A DNA stretch of 64,000 bases from a virus (Duplodnaviria > Caudoviricetes). Location: positions 32,001-96,000 of the IMG/VR virus record IMGVR_UViG_3300012007_000009; one strand, 5' to 3'. The stretch's first letter is position 1; the number at the start of each line of letters is the position of its first letter. A model generated the notes under the pieces. It saw nothing but the letters and a program-made list of their open reading frames with translations. It searched no databases and had not been told where the DNA came from. Shown here piece after piece: positions 62,514-64,000 of the stretch. The position numbers and the translations under genes are program-made.

Positions 62514-64000
62514 TTATTCGTCCGACTCGAGGTCATTTTCCTCTTCCTCGCCGCTATTTGGCTGCACCGGCGGTTCCGGGGATTCCTGGGGTTCCCGGGA
62601 AGAGTCGTTGGATAACCCGTCCCTTCCCGGCATACGTTCAGGCAACGATATTTCGTCCTCGTCGGTAGACCAGTCTGCCGTAGCCCTGTCCCGGAAAGCG
62701 GTACTGATATCATACGTACCGTCGACGCCGCGTGTCGTGGATATGTGAACGCCATCGTCGGTAGTCACCGTTTGTCCGCGTCTTACGGTATTTTCCTCTT
62801 CCGACGTCAAGTGCTTGACCTTATCCGTCACGAAGTTAGTCAGGGTAACCGACACCACGTTATAGAACAGTTCATACAGCTTGTTCCTGAGTTTCGGATT
62901 CCGTACAGTCGAGTTCTGCACATAGTTACCGCGATTGGTATACTTCTCCATCTCGATGGCGAATTCATTCCATTCATTGGCACTTTCGCTGAAATCCATT
63001 CCGCTCATTCTACGGTTGACCATGTCCCTGATTATCGAGACCGGAATGTCAAAGGTGTACCATGAGTTGTAGCCATCTTGCCTAATACGATGCTTGAAGC
63101 GGACACAGCCCTTGTACTTACTGAGGGAAATCGTCTTCCTATCCCGCATTGATTTCAACAGGATGGTAGCGATACCGTTCGTATCTATCAAGGAATCCCG
63201 CTTCATGGAAGAGCACATCCTGATGCAGTTGAAGAAGTCCTCGTTCATCATATCGTCGATAAACTGAACTGCCTGGGGCCCGGCGACGGAAGTATACTTG
63301 TTGACCGCATCGCTGAGTATGGCAAGGCAGTCACCTTCGTCCCTGGGCTTTCCGTTCACTACATAGTCGTATCCTTCCGGGTACATATCATCGTCGATTT
63401 TCTTTATGGGTGAACCCTTGGCCCTTACAAGTCTGTTCAGCACTGCTTTCAGGTACGAAGTTGGCTTTTCGCCCATCGTCGTAATGCCGCGGCCCGAAGA
63501 AGCTGCAGCTGCGACCTTTACCGCATCCGAGTTGTATAGATTCCTCGTATGTGCGAATGCCTTGGCCATAGCCTGACGTATCCAGATGAAGTGACGGGCA
63601 ATATCCTCGTTGCGGGAATTGCTGTCATGCTCGGCGGCCTGCAGTTCCTCAGGACTCATGTAGGATGACCACATGCAATGTTTCGTGGCAAATTCCTCAA
63701 TTGCCGCGAGTATCGCATTGTACCCATCACTGTTTTTATTCAATACCTTCTGTATGGTTGCACATTCCGCCTCCAAAGCATCAAGAGCAGCCATACGAGT
63801 AGGACCTGCGCCTTCCTTGGAAAGTACTCCTTTCGCTGAACACTTGTTGGCAGCTTGCTTTGCCGGCTTGTTGTCCAGCGCACCCTTTACACCGGCGTGC
63901 GTGCTGCGCGTCAGCGTAATCAAGGCGGCCTTAATTGCATCGTAGTATTGATTGAACCAGTCCAGTGCAACCTCGCCGCTCTGCTGGTTGATGTGGAATT
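62514..64000 (-). CDS. Large hypothetical protein, partial (frame open to the window end)
   Basis: No stop between 63923 and 63998 in this frame; acidic C-terminus. Confidence 0.6.
   Translation of the reverse strand, partial: FHINQQSGEVALDWFNQYYDAIKAALITLTRSTHAGVKGALDNKPAKQAANKCSAKGVLSKEGAGPTRMAALDALEAECATIQKVLNKNSDGYNAILAAIEEFATKHCMWSSYMSPEELQAAEHDSNSRNEDIARHFIWIRQAMAKAFAHTRNLYNSDAVKVAAAASSGRGITTMGEKPTSYLKAVLNRLVRAKGSPIKKIDDDMYPEGYDYVVNGKPRDEGDCLAILSDAVNKYTSVAGPQAVQFIDDMMNEDFFNCIRMCSSMKRDSLIDTNGIATILLKSMRDRKTISLSKYKGCVRFKHRIRQDGYNSWYTFDIPVSIIRDMVNRRMSGMDFSESANEWNEFAIEMEKYTNRGNYVQNSTVRNPKLRNKLYELFYNVVSVTLTNFVTDKVKHLTSEEENTVRRGQTVTTDDGVHISTTRGVDGTYDISTAFRDRATADWSTDEDEISLPERMPGRDGLSNDSSREPQESPEPPVQPNSGEEEENDLESDE

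Noticed and set aside
1-64000. tRNA/rRNA genes, DGR or retron components
   Set aside because: No cloverleaf-like intergenic segments, reverse transcriptase motifs or TR/VR pairs were noticed. Intergenic space is minimal, but a tRNAscan/Infernal run would be needed to exclude them.

Overview
This window is a 64-kb slice of a large, GC3-rich, T4-superfamily (contractile-tailed, jumbo-like) phage genome, coded mostly on the minus strand. It holds a baseplate/tail module (gp4-, gp5-, gp27-, gp53-, gp48/54-, tape-measure-, gp26-, gp25-like, sheath, tube) and a T4-type replication/recombination set (family-B polymerase, gp44/gp62 clamp loader, gp45 clamp, primase, gp32 SSB, gp41 helicase, UvsX, UvsY, gp47, RuvC-like resolvase). 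It also encodes ThyX, a HAD nucleotidase and DnaJ. Two mobile elements can be delimited to the base. The first is a 1,993-bp tnpA-less IS607-like element that splits a gene at a GG dinucleotide and encodes a long, catalytically intact TnpB preceded by a kissing-loop structured RNA. The second is a 4,424-bp IS1595-family transposon (25-bp perfect TIRs, 8-bp TSD) carrying seven phage-like passenger genes. Less obvious signals: a 5 x 11-bp phased array of DnaA-box-like 9-mers written into codons of the gp25-like gene, a candidate +1 frameshift (CCG-TTT-CGA) in the baseplate chaperone, two promoter classes (T[GA]CTATATTT before replication genes, ATAAACT before virion-type genes), several degenerate sugar-enzyme homologues, and a five-HTH/glycosyltransferase-like fusion in the replication operon. 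All product calls come from motifs recognised by eye; no database searches were run.
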